A stretch of 64,000 nucleotides of DNA from Lama guanicoe (lineage: Eukaryota), in contig MU056029.1 of NCBI GenBank assembly GCA_013239625.1, positions 930,001 to 994,000 on the forward strand, read 5' to 3'. The first letter of the stretch is position 1; each line of letters begins with the position of its first letter. The notes under the pieces were generated by a model. It saw only the letters and a program-made list of their open reading frames with translations, searched no databases and was not told where the DNA came from. The position numbers were made by a program, and so were the translations under genes. Positions 51,084 to 64,000 of this stretch are shown one piece after another.

Positions 51084-52613
51084 GAAGACTCAGTGCTGTG
51101 GCCTGAGTTAAAAGGCAGAATGCAGCTCTAGGGATTCTCTCCCATGGAAACGAATTAAAGGCAAGGATGGAGCTGCACTTGCAAGTTCATGAAGCAGAGA
51201 CTGCGGTGCCGGTTCCACACTGGAGAGCGAGGCGGAGGAAGCGCAGCGGGGGGAGACAACGCCGAGAGGGCGGCGGCGCCGGGGCTGGACCGCCACACAC
51301 CGCCTTGCAGGAAGCGTCCCAAGCAGCTCGGGGGGCAGCAAGCGTCCCCGCGGCAGACGGGGAAGCTTTGCAACTGGCAGCCCTGGCTCGGTTCACTCAG
51401 TGGTGGGTCGTAGGAATGAAGAAGGAAGAACGTCTTCTCCTGAGGTTCCCTAGAGTGACCTTGAACTCCCAACCGCGTTCTAGCTCCCCCTCTCTTGAAG
51501 CCCCGTATTCCGGTATCTCTGGGGATAGTTGCACCAATACTTCAGGCAACGTGAGCAAGTCATGCTCCTATCAGCAGACCGTCACCAAGACACCTGTAAA
51601 ACGCCAGGCATGTGCCAAGGATGCTGGGCTTGTCTCATTTAATCAAAACGCAGGTGCCAAGGGAACAGGAGTCAGGCATGTCCTTCTATCAACATCTGGC
51701 CAAACAGCAGGTTGAGAGAGGGTCTACTTTTCAACGGCTGAGAAGAAGAGTGAGGGAAAGTGTCAACTCCTTTGGCCACCACGGGTCAGTGCTAAATTTT
51801 TCTCTACAAATAGCGTGCAAGTGCCACGCAGACATACGCTGTAAGATTCCTACCCATGGTGAAAGTGTGTCCTTCCCAAATGTCACAACACTTCCAGTTA
51901 TCGTTCCAAAGAGTGGGTTACATTCTATCCAAAGTCAACACAGAGCTCTTGGGTATATTTTCTCCAGCATCTGACTTCCTAGCCAACTGCAGAGCCAGCC
52001 TCACACTTTTTGAAATTCTGGCATGTTTTATGTATGGCAGGCTGTCAACCCTACATCCAGACAGGATGCCTGTAAGGCAAAATTAGAATAAAGTTCTGCG
52101 AAAACGATAAATTTTCCAGACGAAGAGAAAAAGATTTCTACTGGAAGTGTTCAAATTTTTAAGGTTTTCCTCCACATTTTGGTACCTATTCACTTGAAGA
52201 GAGAGGCCAGAATTGGGATGACTGTTTCTTGTTTGTTTTTCCTTATTGACTTCCAATTATTGTCCTTAAAACACATGCGCATAAGTGCACACGCACACAC
52301 ACATGCACACGCACATCCAAATTGTTGGGGGACTCGCGTGTGTTGTGACATTAGGTAATGTTTCACGGGAATCACTGGAAGGGGAGCATGCGGCTAGAGG
52401 AATTGGTGTCTTCAGTAGAGCTGTTGCCCTGTTTCTTCATTCTGGTATCACACTGGCTACCAAATGGAATAAGGTATAAATATCTGTTCATTACTCTTCT
52501 CCCCTGTGAAAGAAATACATAGAAACTCTCTTATGGTGGACAGTAAGTCATGAGGACCTACTCACGACACAGTGGAAGAAAGAGAGGTCCTTGTGCCACC
52601 AGGAGAGGAAGGC

Positions 52614-52618
52614 AAAAA

Positions 52619-52686
<68 letters not shown>

Positions 52687-52701
52687 AAAGAAAGAAAGAA
52701 A
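52614..52701 (+). repeat. (GAAA)n tetranucleotide microsatellite
   Basis: Directly visible; roughly 20 units. Confidence 0.97.
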
Positions 52702-53129
52702 GGGGTGGGCAGAGAGATCAAAGGGTACAGCAGGCCAGATTTTGCACCCCTAGGACTTTGCAGAAACCAGAGGAGGGCATTTCATAGTCTCCTGAACTGA
52801 GAAGTCAAGCCTAGTTAATAGAGATGGACCAAAGGCAGGGAAGCCCCAGTGAAATCTGAGCTCAATTTGCATAATTCCCAACACACACACGCCCCTTTCC
52901 ATATTTTTCTGAATGAATTTTATTTGTCCTGAGAAGAGACTTTAACCAACATGTAGCTCCACTTCCACAACCATCAGAAATCTACGCATTCCACTCCTAG
53001 TTCTAAGAAATAATGGTGACGTCAATGAGAGATACTGGCTGAGGCTTTCTCTCCATTAGATGTGTTTTCTTTCTTTGGCCACAGCTTGCAATCATATCTG
53101 CACTTTACGCAGGCCGGCTGAGCGTGTGG

Positions 53130-53325
53130 TTTGTGCCCAGCTCCGTGCTCAGCACTTGAATACTCACGCGTTCCATCTCACAACAAAAGCATCACGTAGG
53201 AATTAACATTCCTCCCATTTTGCAGATGGGCAAACCGAGGCTCAGACAGAGCAGGTTGGGCACGTTTATGATGCTCCTGGAAGGCACATTCAGATCCAGG
53301 CAGCTCAAATCCAGCACTCACTCTC
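53130..53325 (-). mobile_element. MIR SINE remnant
   Basis: cccattttgcagatgggcaaaccgaggctcagacag is the MIR core in reverse orientation. Confidence 0.7.
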
Positions 53326-55391
53326 CGACCTCCTTGACACCTCTTCTGCCTTCGACTACAGAATGCATTCAACTGTTGAAGCTGACTCAGGGAACGTGGT
53401 TCTTGTTTTCCAAGAAGAACAAACGGGGTAGAGAAGTATGTTATATTCATGATACATACGTGTGTATATGTAATATATATAATCTCACACATACACAAGT
53501 ATAGAAGTCTCATACATACAAGTTGGAAAAATAATATATAAAAGGAGAAAACAAATATTCTAACGCTACACCTACAGTACCAGGAGTGACGTTTCACACA
53601 CTGTGGAACAGAGTAGAGTTTAGTAGGTCATCCTACGATTGTTAAGTGCTACGTCCCTAAAGATAATGTTTAACAGTCAAGAGGATGGAAATTTAAGGAA
53701 ATTGTCAGAATAACCGTGAAGTTTATAAAGGGATCATTATCCACAGCAAGTTTAAAATCCTCTTGTAAGACGCCTGCCGTCCTCGGACACCATCTAGAAC
53801 TACTCCTGGGAAGAACGGCGTTCAGCACGTCCAAGGGGTCTCACTGTGTCTCGATTATTGCTGTTAAGCTTAGGAGATGGACTTGGGTGTCGGTACTTCC
53901 ATTTTTAAATTTCCACCAATGAAAAAGGAACAGAAAGGCAGATGCAAACTCTTCGTGACACTGCACACACACAGGTTTCTCCGCAGACCGCCTGCACTGG
54001 CTATAGTGGAAACATCACTCTGGGGGGTGGGGGGTCAGGAAGCCATTTACCACCACAAATATTTGCCTGGAATGTCCACTTGTCAGCTGAGGTACCGAAG
54101 TGCTCCGGGTCTTTGCTGGGAAAGGTGAACTCTACCTAGGGCCTGCGACCCACGCTTATAACAAATGCTAGAGCAACACACACAATCTCTTTCCACACTT
54201 GTACAAATATTTTAGATTCATGGTAAATGCCAGGGAGAACAGATGAGCTTTCTCAGAGAACTTCTAGAACTAAAGGCTCAGCCCCAGCCCTCTCTCCTCC
54301 CTTTACCCCCATTTTCATGTTGTTATCACTAAGAACCATCTACAGTGGGAGCCTCCTTCCGTTTGCTGACTGGCAGGCACCCTCCTCTCCCATCCACGGC
54401 CATCAGTGCCTAGGACGGCGGCCACGTACACACAGCAGGTGCCCGTAAATACTCACTGAACAAGAATGACTTGGAAGATACGGAGACCAGGCGTAACAGA
54501 CAGCGTGGAGCTCAAGCAAAGTGTGGAGAGGAAAAGAGGTAGCTTGGCCTTTCTTGGCATTAATCCCCCAAATCTAAGAGCCAGAGGCAACTCCTGCCCT
54601 CTTGCAAGCACTCCCAGCAGCAGCTCTGGCCTTGCACGCTTACTGACCTTCTGAGGGCCTCCCTGAGCTCACTGGTCAAGGTGCTTGGATGACACTCCAT
54701 GTGCTGACAGCCCAGTGGTCTCTGTGCATCCTTCTGCTGCAGAATGAACCCTTAGCAGGTCGATGTGGCTGCCTGTGGGCTTTACAGCTTCCGGGGCAGG
54801 AGGACCACAGCAAAACGCAGCCGTCAGAGGGAGCATGGCCCTTTGATCACTATCTCAGCAAACCAGCAGGACCAGGAGCAAGTTAGCAGCACCTCCTGTG
54901 TGACCTCTGGCTTGCACCGGGGATGCCCAAATGTCCGAGAACTCTGGGCAATGGTTGTTCCCTGCGGCCAGCAGCACACCTGGGGCACCGCCTTACAGGT
55001 AATCACTTAGCCCTCCACAGCTGCTCCCTGGTAACTTACGCTCATGCTCATTCCTGGCTTCATCCCGGTGCACCAGGCAGCAGAGGCACCTAACACTTTT
55101 CCAAGAGTAGAAATCCAGACGCTATGATTAAGGATCTAATCAAATAATTCAGACCAACTGAGCATCCTTCTGAAGCAAGTGGGTCGAGAAGGCACAGGAC
55201 ATAAGCCAACATTTAAGTTGCCCCAATTTTTGTTTTATTTTACAAAAACATGTAAGAAGACCCGTTGACAGAAATGTCCAGAGGCCTCTGCTCTGCAGCG
55301 TACGTGAGGCTACGCCGGGACGATCGCTATAGTAAGTGAGCCTGCACTGGGACAATGGCTGTAGTAAGTAAGGCTGCACCAGGATGATGGT

Positions 55392-55851
55392 TGTAGTGAG
55401 CTGATTGTGTTCGCAGCCTCGTTCCATCACCCTTCCTAGTACCCACTCTCTTCACCACGTCGTTGGCAACTCTTCTCATTAAGAGGAGCTGTCTGCCCCT
55501 CCTGAATGTGGGCCAACTTTGTGACTTGCTTTGTCTGACAGAATGTATGGACCGACAGTGTGTCAGTCCCCAGCTTGGCCCCCAAGAGGCAACACTCTGT
55601 GTTTCTGGTCTCCTCGTGCTTATGCCTTTGCTGTGAAAATGCCATGCTCAGGTAAGTCTGCTGGTCCTAGGAAGAGAATGGACACAGGGCAGAGACCACC
55701 CAGCCCTGGGCCTGTGGGTGAACCAGGCAGAATCACAGAGATGCTCACTCATCACCCAGACTCACAAGCAATGAACACTTACTACCATTTGACATGAAGG
55801 CTTTGTAGCTGTTTGTTACACAGCAACATTGTGGCAGTAGGTGACAGATAC
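55392..55851 (+). mobile_element. MLT1 (MaLR) LTR
   Basis: TG...CA ends, ttgtgacttgctttgtctgacagaatg, terminal gtttgttacacagcaacattgtggcagtaggtgacagataca. Confidence 0.75.
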
Positions 55852-56384
55852 AACAATCAACACGAGTAACTACACACACAGAAAAGCGGTGTGATTCCCA
55901 CTTGTTTGTAAAATGAATAAGTGGGACTCACAGCCTGATACTTCTCGGGAGTGCTGTCAGACAACAAAGCCCTCAGTAGATAGCCTGCTCCCAAAACAGG
56001 AGCATTTACTTCTGAATTTCTGCATAAATCCACCATCATTTGAGTCACATCAGTCTTGGTGAAACGAGCAGTCACATCAGGCAAATGAGACAGGCCGCTT
56101 TCTGATTTTCAGAACAATATGGTGCTAAAGCAACTCAAAGGCCCAAAGTGGCAATCAGGCTGAAAACCAAAACCACAAGAAAAGCTTGTACCAGATCCTC
56201 ACGCACCTGCCAGGAACAGAACCGTCCGGGCAGACGACTGAGGGTCTCAGGGAAAACAACACAAGTTCAACTGTCTCAAGAGGAAGGGAGGAAACATCTT
56301 GAAAGACTCAAAAAAGTACTTGGTGTCTCCTCACTCGTCTGGATCTGTGATGGCACACGGGCGGTGGGGAGGGGGTTACATCTA

Positions 56385-56590
56385 GAAAGGGAGCCACCAG
56401 CCACATGTTTCTATTTATATGTAAATTTTAAATTAATTAAAATTAAGTAAAATTAAAATTCATTTCCTCTGATGCCCTAGCCACATTCCAAGTGCTCGGC
56501 AGCCACGTGCGGCTCAGTGGCTACCATACTGGACAGCAGAGATCAGGGAACACCTTCATCTCAACGATAAGTTCCACTGAAAAGGGCTGG
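56385..56590. mobile_element. MER33/MER3-like hAT DNA transposon
   Basis: aaattaaaattcatttcctc...tagccacattccaagtgctc...gtggctaccatactggacagc. Confidence 0.75.
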
Positions 56591-57394
56591 AAAGCAGCGC
56601 TGAGCCAGGCGGAATGACAGAGTGGTCCTGCCTGCTAACACAACCGCCCGGCTCCTCCCAGCTCCTGTCTCTGTCTCCCTTTCTCTCTCTCCCCCTCCCT
56701 TTCACCTCGCTCCCTCTCCCCACCACCACAGCTTTAGAGGACACACTCCCTAGTTGAACGTGCTTGGGGGACCCAGTCAAATGCGCACAACTCATCACCT
56801 CAAAGAAAAGCCCCCAGAGCTAGAGGCAGACATCCACAGGGCAGGACACAAAATGCCAGAGTGCAAGATGTCACTGAAGACTATTCCAAGTACCGTCCGT
56901 TGCATCTGACTTCCTGGCTTAGTGGGTTCGCCAGCAGTCGGAGGAAAGGACCTACCCTAACAGAACGGCGATTACGTGTAACAGTGGAGGGCATTAACCT
57001 GGTCTTCAGATTCACATCCGAGGGGCTAAAGGCTTCCAATGTGAGAGCGAGACTGAAGGGGGCCAGAGCCACCCTATACAAAGTCTCACCAGAAAATCAC
57101 TTTGTCTCCAATGGAACTGTCCGTCTAACGGTAAACACTGTGAATAAAACAAAGAGATGTTGTGTGAAAAACCTGCAAGCCCGCAAAATGAAAGTTGAAA
57201 AATTCAGACGATGTATGTCTGGTTGTCAAAGGGCATGAATTCTCTTTAAAACAAGAACAGACAGAGGCATCGATAGACAGACGATGTAAAACTGAGGAAA
57301 GAAGGCAAGGAATCCCAGAGCACCTGCTGAACTGAAATTTGTAATGAACACAGAGACAGTGGAATTGACATGGCTGAAAATCACTGAAGGATGT

Positions 57395-57545
57395 GGGTGA
57401 TTTCTTAAACTCTGGAGGGGACACAAACCACCGAGGGATCTTGTTAACACACAGAATCTGAGCAGAAGGTGTGGGGTAGGTGTGCGGTTCTGAATTCCCC
57501 CAGCGATGTTGCTGCTGCTGGTTCAGGGGACCATACTCAGAATGG
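57395..57545. mobile_element. MER5-like hAT DNA transposon
   Basis: tttcttaaactct...gatcttgttaacacacaga...gatgttgctgctgctggttcaggggaccatact. Confidence 0.6.
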
Positions 57546-57749
57546 AAAGGAGAGGGCACAACCTGTAAAACCTTTCTAAGGGCCGAGGAAGAAGACAGAG
57601 CTTCGAAAACACAGAGAAAATAATAGGTCCAGGACAGAACATCGGCAGGAAACTGAGCTTTATTATCAGATGAGGAGAGCAAAACCAAACAGCATTCAAG
57701 TCAACAAAATAGAACAAAATATGAAACAATGAAGAATAATTATCTTTTT

Positions 57750-60700
57750 TTAGTCAGAGGAAAATATGCATAATGTAAAACTGACCTTTGTCACTGTGTG
57801 TAAGTGTACAGGTCAGTGGTATTACTTGTACCCACAGTGCTAAGTCACCATCACCACCATCCATATTCAGAGCTGTTTCATCATCCAAACAAAAACGCCA
57901 TGCACATTAAACAACCACTCCCCATCGGCCCCTCCCCCCAGGACCCGGTAACCCAGCAACTTCTATTTTTACTGATGCTAACTAGCTAGGTATTTCATAT
58001 AATGGCAATCATACAGTATTTGTTCTTTCGGATCTAGCTTAGTTGACTTACCATGTTTGAAGTTCATCTAGTACGTGCAGCATGTACTAGATTTTCATAA
58101 CTTCTTTAGGGTTGAATAATATTCCAGTGTGTGTATATACCATACTTGGTTATCCATTCATGTGTTCATGGACATTTGGGTTGTTTCTATATTTTTGTGA
58201 GAAATGCTGCTCTGAGCACTATTTACAATAGCCAAGACATGGAAACAACCTAAATGTCCATCGACAGATGACTGGATAAAGAAGTTGTGGTACATTTATA
58301 CAATGAAATACTATTCAGCCATATAAAAGAATAAAATAATGCCATTTTCAGCAACATGGATGGACCAGAAGATAGTCTTTATAAGTGAAGTAAGCCAGAA
58401 AGAGAAAGAATACCATATGATATCCCTTATATGTGGAATCTAAAAAAAGAAAAAACCACAAATGAACTTATCTATAAAACAGAAACAGACTCACACACAT
58501 AGAGAACAAATGCATGGTTACCACAAGGCCAAGGGGATGGGAAGGGATAAACTGGGAGTTCAAGATTTGCAGATACTAATATGTATAAAATAGATAAACA
58601 ACAAGTGCATACTGTATAGCACAGGGAACTATATTCAATATCTTGTAGTAACTCATGACGAAAAAGAATATGAAAATGAATATATGTATGTTCATGTATG
58701 ACTGAAGCATTGTGCTGTTCACCAGATATGATGACCTAAGGCTATATTTACTTGTTTTAAACAGGTAGTCATTTAAGTTGAAGCACATTCTAAAAGATTT
58801 ACATTTTTCACTCCCCTTCTCTACATTTTGGGTTTTTGGTGTTATATTTTACATCTTCATGTTTATCCCTTAGCTATTTATTGTATTTATTTACAGTTGC
58901 TTTTATAATTTTCCATCTTTTAATCTTTGTCATATCTTCTTGGTGAACTGACTCTTATCAGTATTTGGTGTTCTTCTTTGTCTCTGTTAGTCTTTGACTT
59001 AAAGCCTATTTATTCCACATTAGTATAGCCATTTCAGCTCCCTTTTGATTACTATTTGCTTGGAATACATTTTTCCACTCTTTCACTTAAAATTTATTTG
59101 ATCTTTAAATTTTTAGATCTAAAATGAGTATCTTATAGGCAGCAGAGAGATGGATCCTGTTTTATTTTTTTCTATTATGCCCATATCTAGCTCTTCTATG
59201 AGGAATTTAATCCATTTAATTTAAGGTAATTACTGATAAGGAAAGACTGACTCCTGCCATTTTGCTGTTTGTTTTCTGTGTGTCCTACAGCCTTTTGTTC
59301 CTCCATCTTTGTTTCCTTTTCCGCTTAGTTTTGTTTTTGGTTTTGATTCTCTTCTCATTTCCTCTGTGTAGATTCTATAGATATTTTCTTTATGATTGCC
59401 ATGGCGATTACATATAACATCCTAAAATTATAATAATCTAATTTCAATTGATACTAGCTTTATTTTAACCACATATACTTAATTTGCATTACACCCCCCA
59501 TGTTATAAACATTACAAGTTGTATCTTTATACATTATGTACTTAATAACATAGATTTATAATTCTTTTTATGTACTTGTCACTTATAATGTGGAAAATAA
59601 AAGGTGGAATTACAAACACAAATTACAATATTTACTTTTACTTAAGATCTTTATATCTTGATGCAACTTCAAATTACTGTCCAGCAGCCTCTCATTTCAA
59701 CCTGAAAGACTCCCATTAGCTTTTCTTCTAGGGACGATCTAGTGGTAATAAGATCCCTCAGCTTTTTTATTTTTTTTTAATTCCTTACTTGGTCCCTTTA
59801 AATGTTTTTCTTTTTTATTGAATATAGTTGATTTATAATGTTGTGATAGTTTCAGGGGCACCCCAGCCTTCGCTTACCTGGGAATTTATGAATTGCTCTT
59901 ATATTTTTGTTGAAATATTGTTGTTGTACAATATTATATAAGTCACAGATGTACAAAATAGTCATTCCCAATTTTTAAAGGTTATACTCAATTCACAGTT
60001 ATTATAAAATATTGACTACAGTCCTTGTACAATATATCCTTGTAGCTTATCTTATACTTAACTGTCTGTACCTCTTACTTCTCTACCCCTGTATTGCCCC
60101 TCCCGCCTCCCCTCTCCCCAAGAGTCATCACTAGTTTGCCCTCTATATCTGTTCCTTATTTTTGAAGGACAGTTTTGCCAGATATAGAATTCTCTCTTCA
60201 TAGGTTTTGTCTTTTCAACACTTTATTTAATTGTCCCACTGCCTTCTGGCCTCCAAGGTTTCATATGAAGAATTGGCTGATAACATCTTGTGAGGCTCCC
60301 CTCATATGTGACAAGGTATTTCCTTCTTGATTACTAAGATTCTCTCTGTGTCTGTGGCTTTTCCCAGTTTGATTCTCTGTGTCTTAGTGTGGGCCTCTTC
60401 GGTTTCATCCCACTTGGAGTTCATCAAGCTGCTTGGATTTGTGGATTCATGTTTTTCATTAACTTTGGGAAGTTTGGGGCCAGTGTTTCCTCAGATAATT
60501 CCTCTACTTCTTTTCATCTCTTGGGGTTCTCATAATACATATTTTGGTGCCCTCGATGCTCCTCACAAGCCCCTGAGGCTGCGTTTACTATTCTTCAATC
60601 TCTTTTCTTCCTGTTCCTCAGACTCAATAATTTTAATTGTTTTATCTTCAAATTTGCTGATTCTTTCTTCTGCCTGTTCAGAACCCCCTCTACTGAAATT

Positions 60701-61940
60701 CTTCACTTCGATTACTCTATTATTCACCTTCAGAGGTTTTTTTTTGTTCCCTGTTATAATGCCTATCTCTTTGCTTCATTTTGTTCGTTTTATTCATATA
60801 TCATTTCTCCAATTTCTTTTAGTTTCTTGGCCACGTTTTTCCTTAGCTCTGTGAGCATAGTTAAGGCAGACAATTTAAAGTCTTTGTCTAGTAAGTCCAA
60901 TGTCTGGGCTCATTCTAGAACAGTTTCTGTCAGTTTATTTTGTTCCTTTGAATGGGTCTTGTTTTCCTATTTTCTTTATGTCTTGTGATCTTTTTCTCAA
61001 AAATTGTGCATTTTATTATTATAATGTTGTTTAACTCTGGAAATCAGATTTTCTCCCTTTCCCTTGAGTTTGCTCTTTTTGGGGGGATCATTTTAGAAGC
61101 CCATTTGTTTAGAGGTATACCTAAACTTTTTTTTAAAAAAGACTATTCCTTGTCAAGTTTAATCAGCAAAATCTCTGTTCTATTAGTACATGTTCAGCTA
61201 ATGTTTTAACAGTGATTTCTTTGAATGCTAGGAGCTTAAACAAAAAAGCCACAAACCAACAAGCCTAGGAATCAGCCAAGGCAGAAACTTAAGATCTGCT
61301 CAGGACGTTTCTGAGCAGCTGTCTTGCTTGGGCATATGCATGACTTCCTAAATTATTCTGTCTACATGGCTGCTTTTTGAAAGAACTAATTTGCCAAGAG
61401 TTTCACCCTACCTACCCCTTTGGGCCTCAGATGGTCTATTTTACATTTCCACCCAGAATCTCTTGCCCTAGGTATCTGTAGGTCTGCTGAAGCCTTTATG
61501 AGTAGGACCTGCCTCTTTTCCTGTCTGCTTTCTGAGTTATGCAAAATAGAGATGAGACTCTTGCTTCAGTCCTTCAGGTGTTCTCCAAACAGTTTAGAAC
61601 ATATGTATACAGTAATTCACAAGCAAGGTCTGCTCTGCCCCCTCTGGTGCCAGAGGGAGGGCTGGTACCTGGGCTGCAGCTTACTCCAGATCAAAACTGC
61701 CCCAGTACCCGGGAGGGGATGGGGAATGGCAGGTGAGAATGCCACAAAACTTTCCTACTGTTTTGAATATGGTTATTTCTTTACTTGACATTTGGTTGGT
61801 TGCTATAAACCTGGGAATATTTTCCAGAACTCCTACAAAATTGGTTTAGACGGCTTCTGCTTGTTTTGTGATGTTTCTGTGGAGAAACAAGGGCTTAGAG
61901 CTTCTAAGTCTGCCATTTTGCTGACATCACTCCCCAGTAA
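57750..61940 (-). mobile_element. Old antisense L1 complex (3' UTR, start of ORF2, ORF1/5' region) with nested younger L1 pieces
   Basis: T-rich reverse-L1 motifs (gaataatattccagtgtgtgtatataccat, aatccatttaatttaaggtaattactgata, ccactgccttctggcctccaaggtttc). Confidence 0.8.
58218..58726 (+). mobile_element. Young L1 3' segment lacking its terminal ~40 nt and poly-A
   Basis: Closely matches 38285-38795 and stops at ...gctgttcaccaga. Confidence 0.9.
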
Positions 61941-62334
61941 AGAGATCTTTAAAAGCAAGAGGAGGAGGGTGTTTATAAAGATACAGCAGAAACTAATGAA
62001 CAGATTTATGATATAAAATCAAAGGCTAGCTCTTTAAAAATATATATAAAATAGATAAATATTTCTTGATGCTACTGAACAGAATTATGAATGAAGAAAA
62101 GAACATAATGATATATTCTAGAGGGCAACATATATGTGAATGCTAATGAATCAGAAAGTCTAGATAAAAAGTATCTTTTACAGAAAAACATGAATTTTCA
62201 AGATTGATACAAGAAGAAAATCTAAAGAGACCTATAAGTATGGTAGAAATTAAAGCCATGTGTGCTAAGCTGGAAAGTATCATTCAAGGACCTATTCAAA
62301 GTACCATACATCTATTTTTATAAAAACATTTCAT

Positions 62335-62537
62335 GTGTTGACCCTTGGGTTTGAAACACACAAGTCCACTTATATGTGGATTTCTTTCAATGAGTATGTA
62401 CTACAGTACTACTCAGTCGACAGTCAGTTGAATCCTTAGTTCAGCAACTAAAGGTACACAGGGCCAACTGTAGAGTTATACATGGATTTCCAACTGTGCA
62501 CAGGGTCAGTGCCCCTAGGCTGTTCAAGGGTCAGCTA
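62335..62537. mobile_element. Tigger2/MER8-like TcMar DNA transposon
   Basis: Inverted termini gttgacccttg...caagggtcagct and internal gtccacttatatgtggattt. Confidence 0.75.
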
Positions 62538-64000
62538 TATATGTCTACAGGTCAATTCTTTAAATACTTACAGCAACACCAACTCTTCAAGGAATAAATA
62601 TTTACCATATGATATAATCTATTACAGAACACACAAAAACAGAAATCTTCTTGATCCCTATTATGTCAAAACACAAAGAAACTTAAAGATAGATATAATC
62701 TATTAATATATTTAATAGAATCTATATGATATATCACAAATGTCTGAGATGGCCCCACATTACCACCTTGCCATTGGATAATTTACTAGTGAATTTTGTT
62801 AAACTGGTCAATGGTTCTTGGAATCTTCAGTCAAGTAATGAATGTTAGTAGAAGTCAGAGTAATGAGGAGAGGGAACGAACTCGAGGATAATTTCTTGGT
62901 GAGTTCCCAGCCTTCCCTAAGGGAGATTACTTTCTTCCAGTTGGGACTCTAAGAGGAACAGTGGATGCTTCACATCTGGAGGGAAGGTGGCAGGATAGTA
63001 GAGACTAGAATGGATCTTGGATGTTAGACTGGGAATGCAGGCAGATTTCCTGTGGATTACACATGGGCTACGAGGGAAAATGGAGGACCAGGAGCTATCT
63101 TGGATCCTCTAAACTAGGGCTGCATGGATGGATGGAGAAATGGAAGTTGTCCGTGAAGGATGGAGTGCTAGAGCTAAGGAAAGAGCTCCAAGGGACCCAT
63201 AGAATTGAAGCATATCCTCCTCTCTCACTCTGCCAATCCCCAGCGCTGGTCAAGGGACCAGCTGGAGAGGGCTGCCTCACAGTGGCGCTCAGAGAAGAGC
63301 CAATTTTCAATTATCTTCTAGGTCCAAAGAGCATGAAGCTACTAGAAAATGGTACAGTTCAAGGAAAGCTTTTCTTACTTATTTCTCTCCACCCCTCAAA
63401 ATAAATCTTCAAAACTAGAGGAGGACATATGCAGACCATCAAGCCAGGCTGTGAAGGGATGAAGGAGAAGCAGACACAGAGAGGCTGAGAAGTCAACTGC
63501 ACTTCCTTTGCCATGACAGCCTTCAAGCCCAAAATCGGGCTGGGCTGTGGAAGTGGAAGACATTAATGCTAAATCTGAATTTAGTGTTAGACACTGAACT
63601 AAGAAATCCTATGTAACATAAAGATGGAAGAAGACTTACTAGAACATTGATAGAAAACCATGTAATCTGCCCATATGTTTACCCAAGGCAAAGAAATTTC
63701 ATAACTCACTGAACAGTGTTTAAGGGGATGGCAGAGGACAAAGAAAACTGCATTACAACTAGATCACAAGGTATGTTTATTACCAACCCACTGGTCATCT
63801 CCAGATTTTCGAAAGAACAACTGTAAACTAACTATGGACAAAGCAAATTGAATAATTTCTTAAGACCACTGCCCATCATGATAAAATAGGATTTGTTTCA
63901 GGAATTCAAGGATAGATCATGATAGGAAATTAGTAAGTTACAGTTACAGGTTAAAAAAGAAAAAAAGATCATACAAAGAGAGAATTAATCAACTCTATTT

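Noticed and set aside
60327..60854. 175-aa hydrophobic ORF
   Set aside because: Antisense reading of a T-rich L1 ORF1 remnant.

Overview
This is mammalian genomic DNA, very likely camelid (camel/alpaca/llama), judged from 14 Vic-1-like tRNA-derived SINEs and the young L1 3' ends. The window holds the 3' part of GABRB3 (GABA-A receptor beta-3 subunit) on the minus strand. It contains five coding exons of 83, 138, 153, 245 and 342 nt (961 nt in total, all GT-AG, one open frame), matching exons 5-9, plus a ~4.2 kb 3' UTR ending near 7160 and ~7 kb of downstream DNA. Exons 1-4 lie beyond the right edge. The rest is intronic or intergenic: L1 remnants, four ERV1-type solo LTRs, MaLR LTRs, MER/Tigger DNA transposons, MIRs and microsatellites. 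I found no prokaryote-type system, CRISPR array, RNA gene or second protein-coding gene, and nothing I can call a new biological system. The best leads are an intragenic CpG island at the exon 7 acceptor carrying an RE1/REST-like motif, a SINE/(GAAA)n-made cryptic acceptor in intron 8, an in-frame alternative acceptor at exon 9, inverted SINE pairs, and several small retrotransposition events. Repeat family names come from recalled consensus sequences, and their boundaries are approximate.
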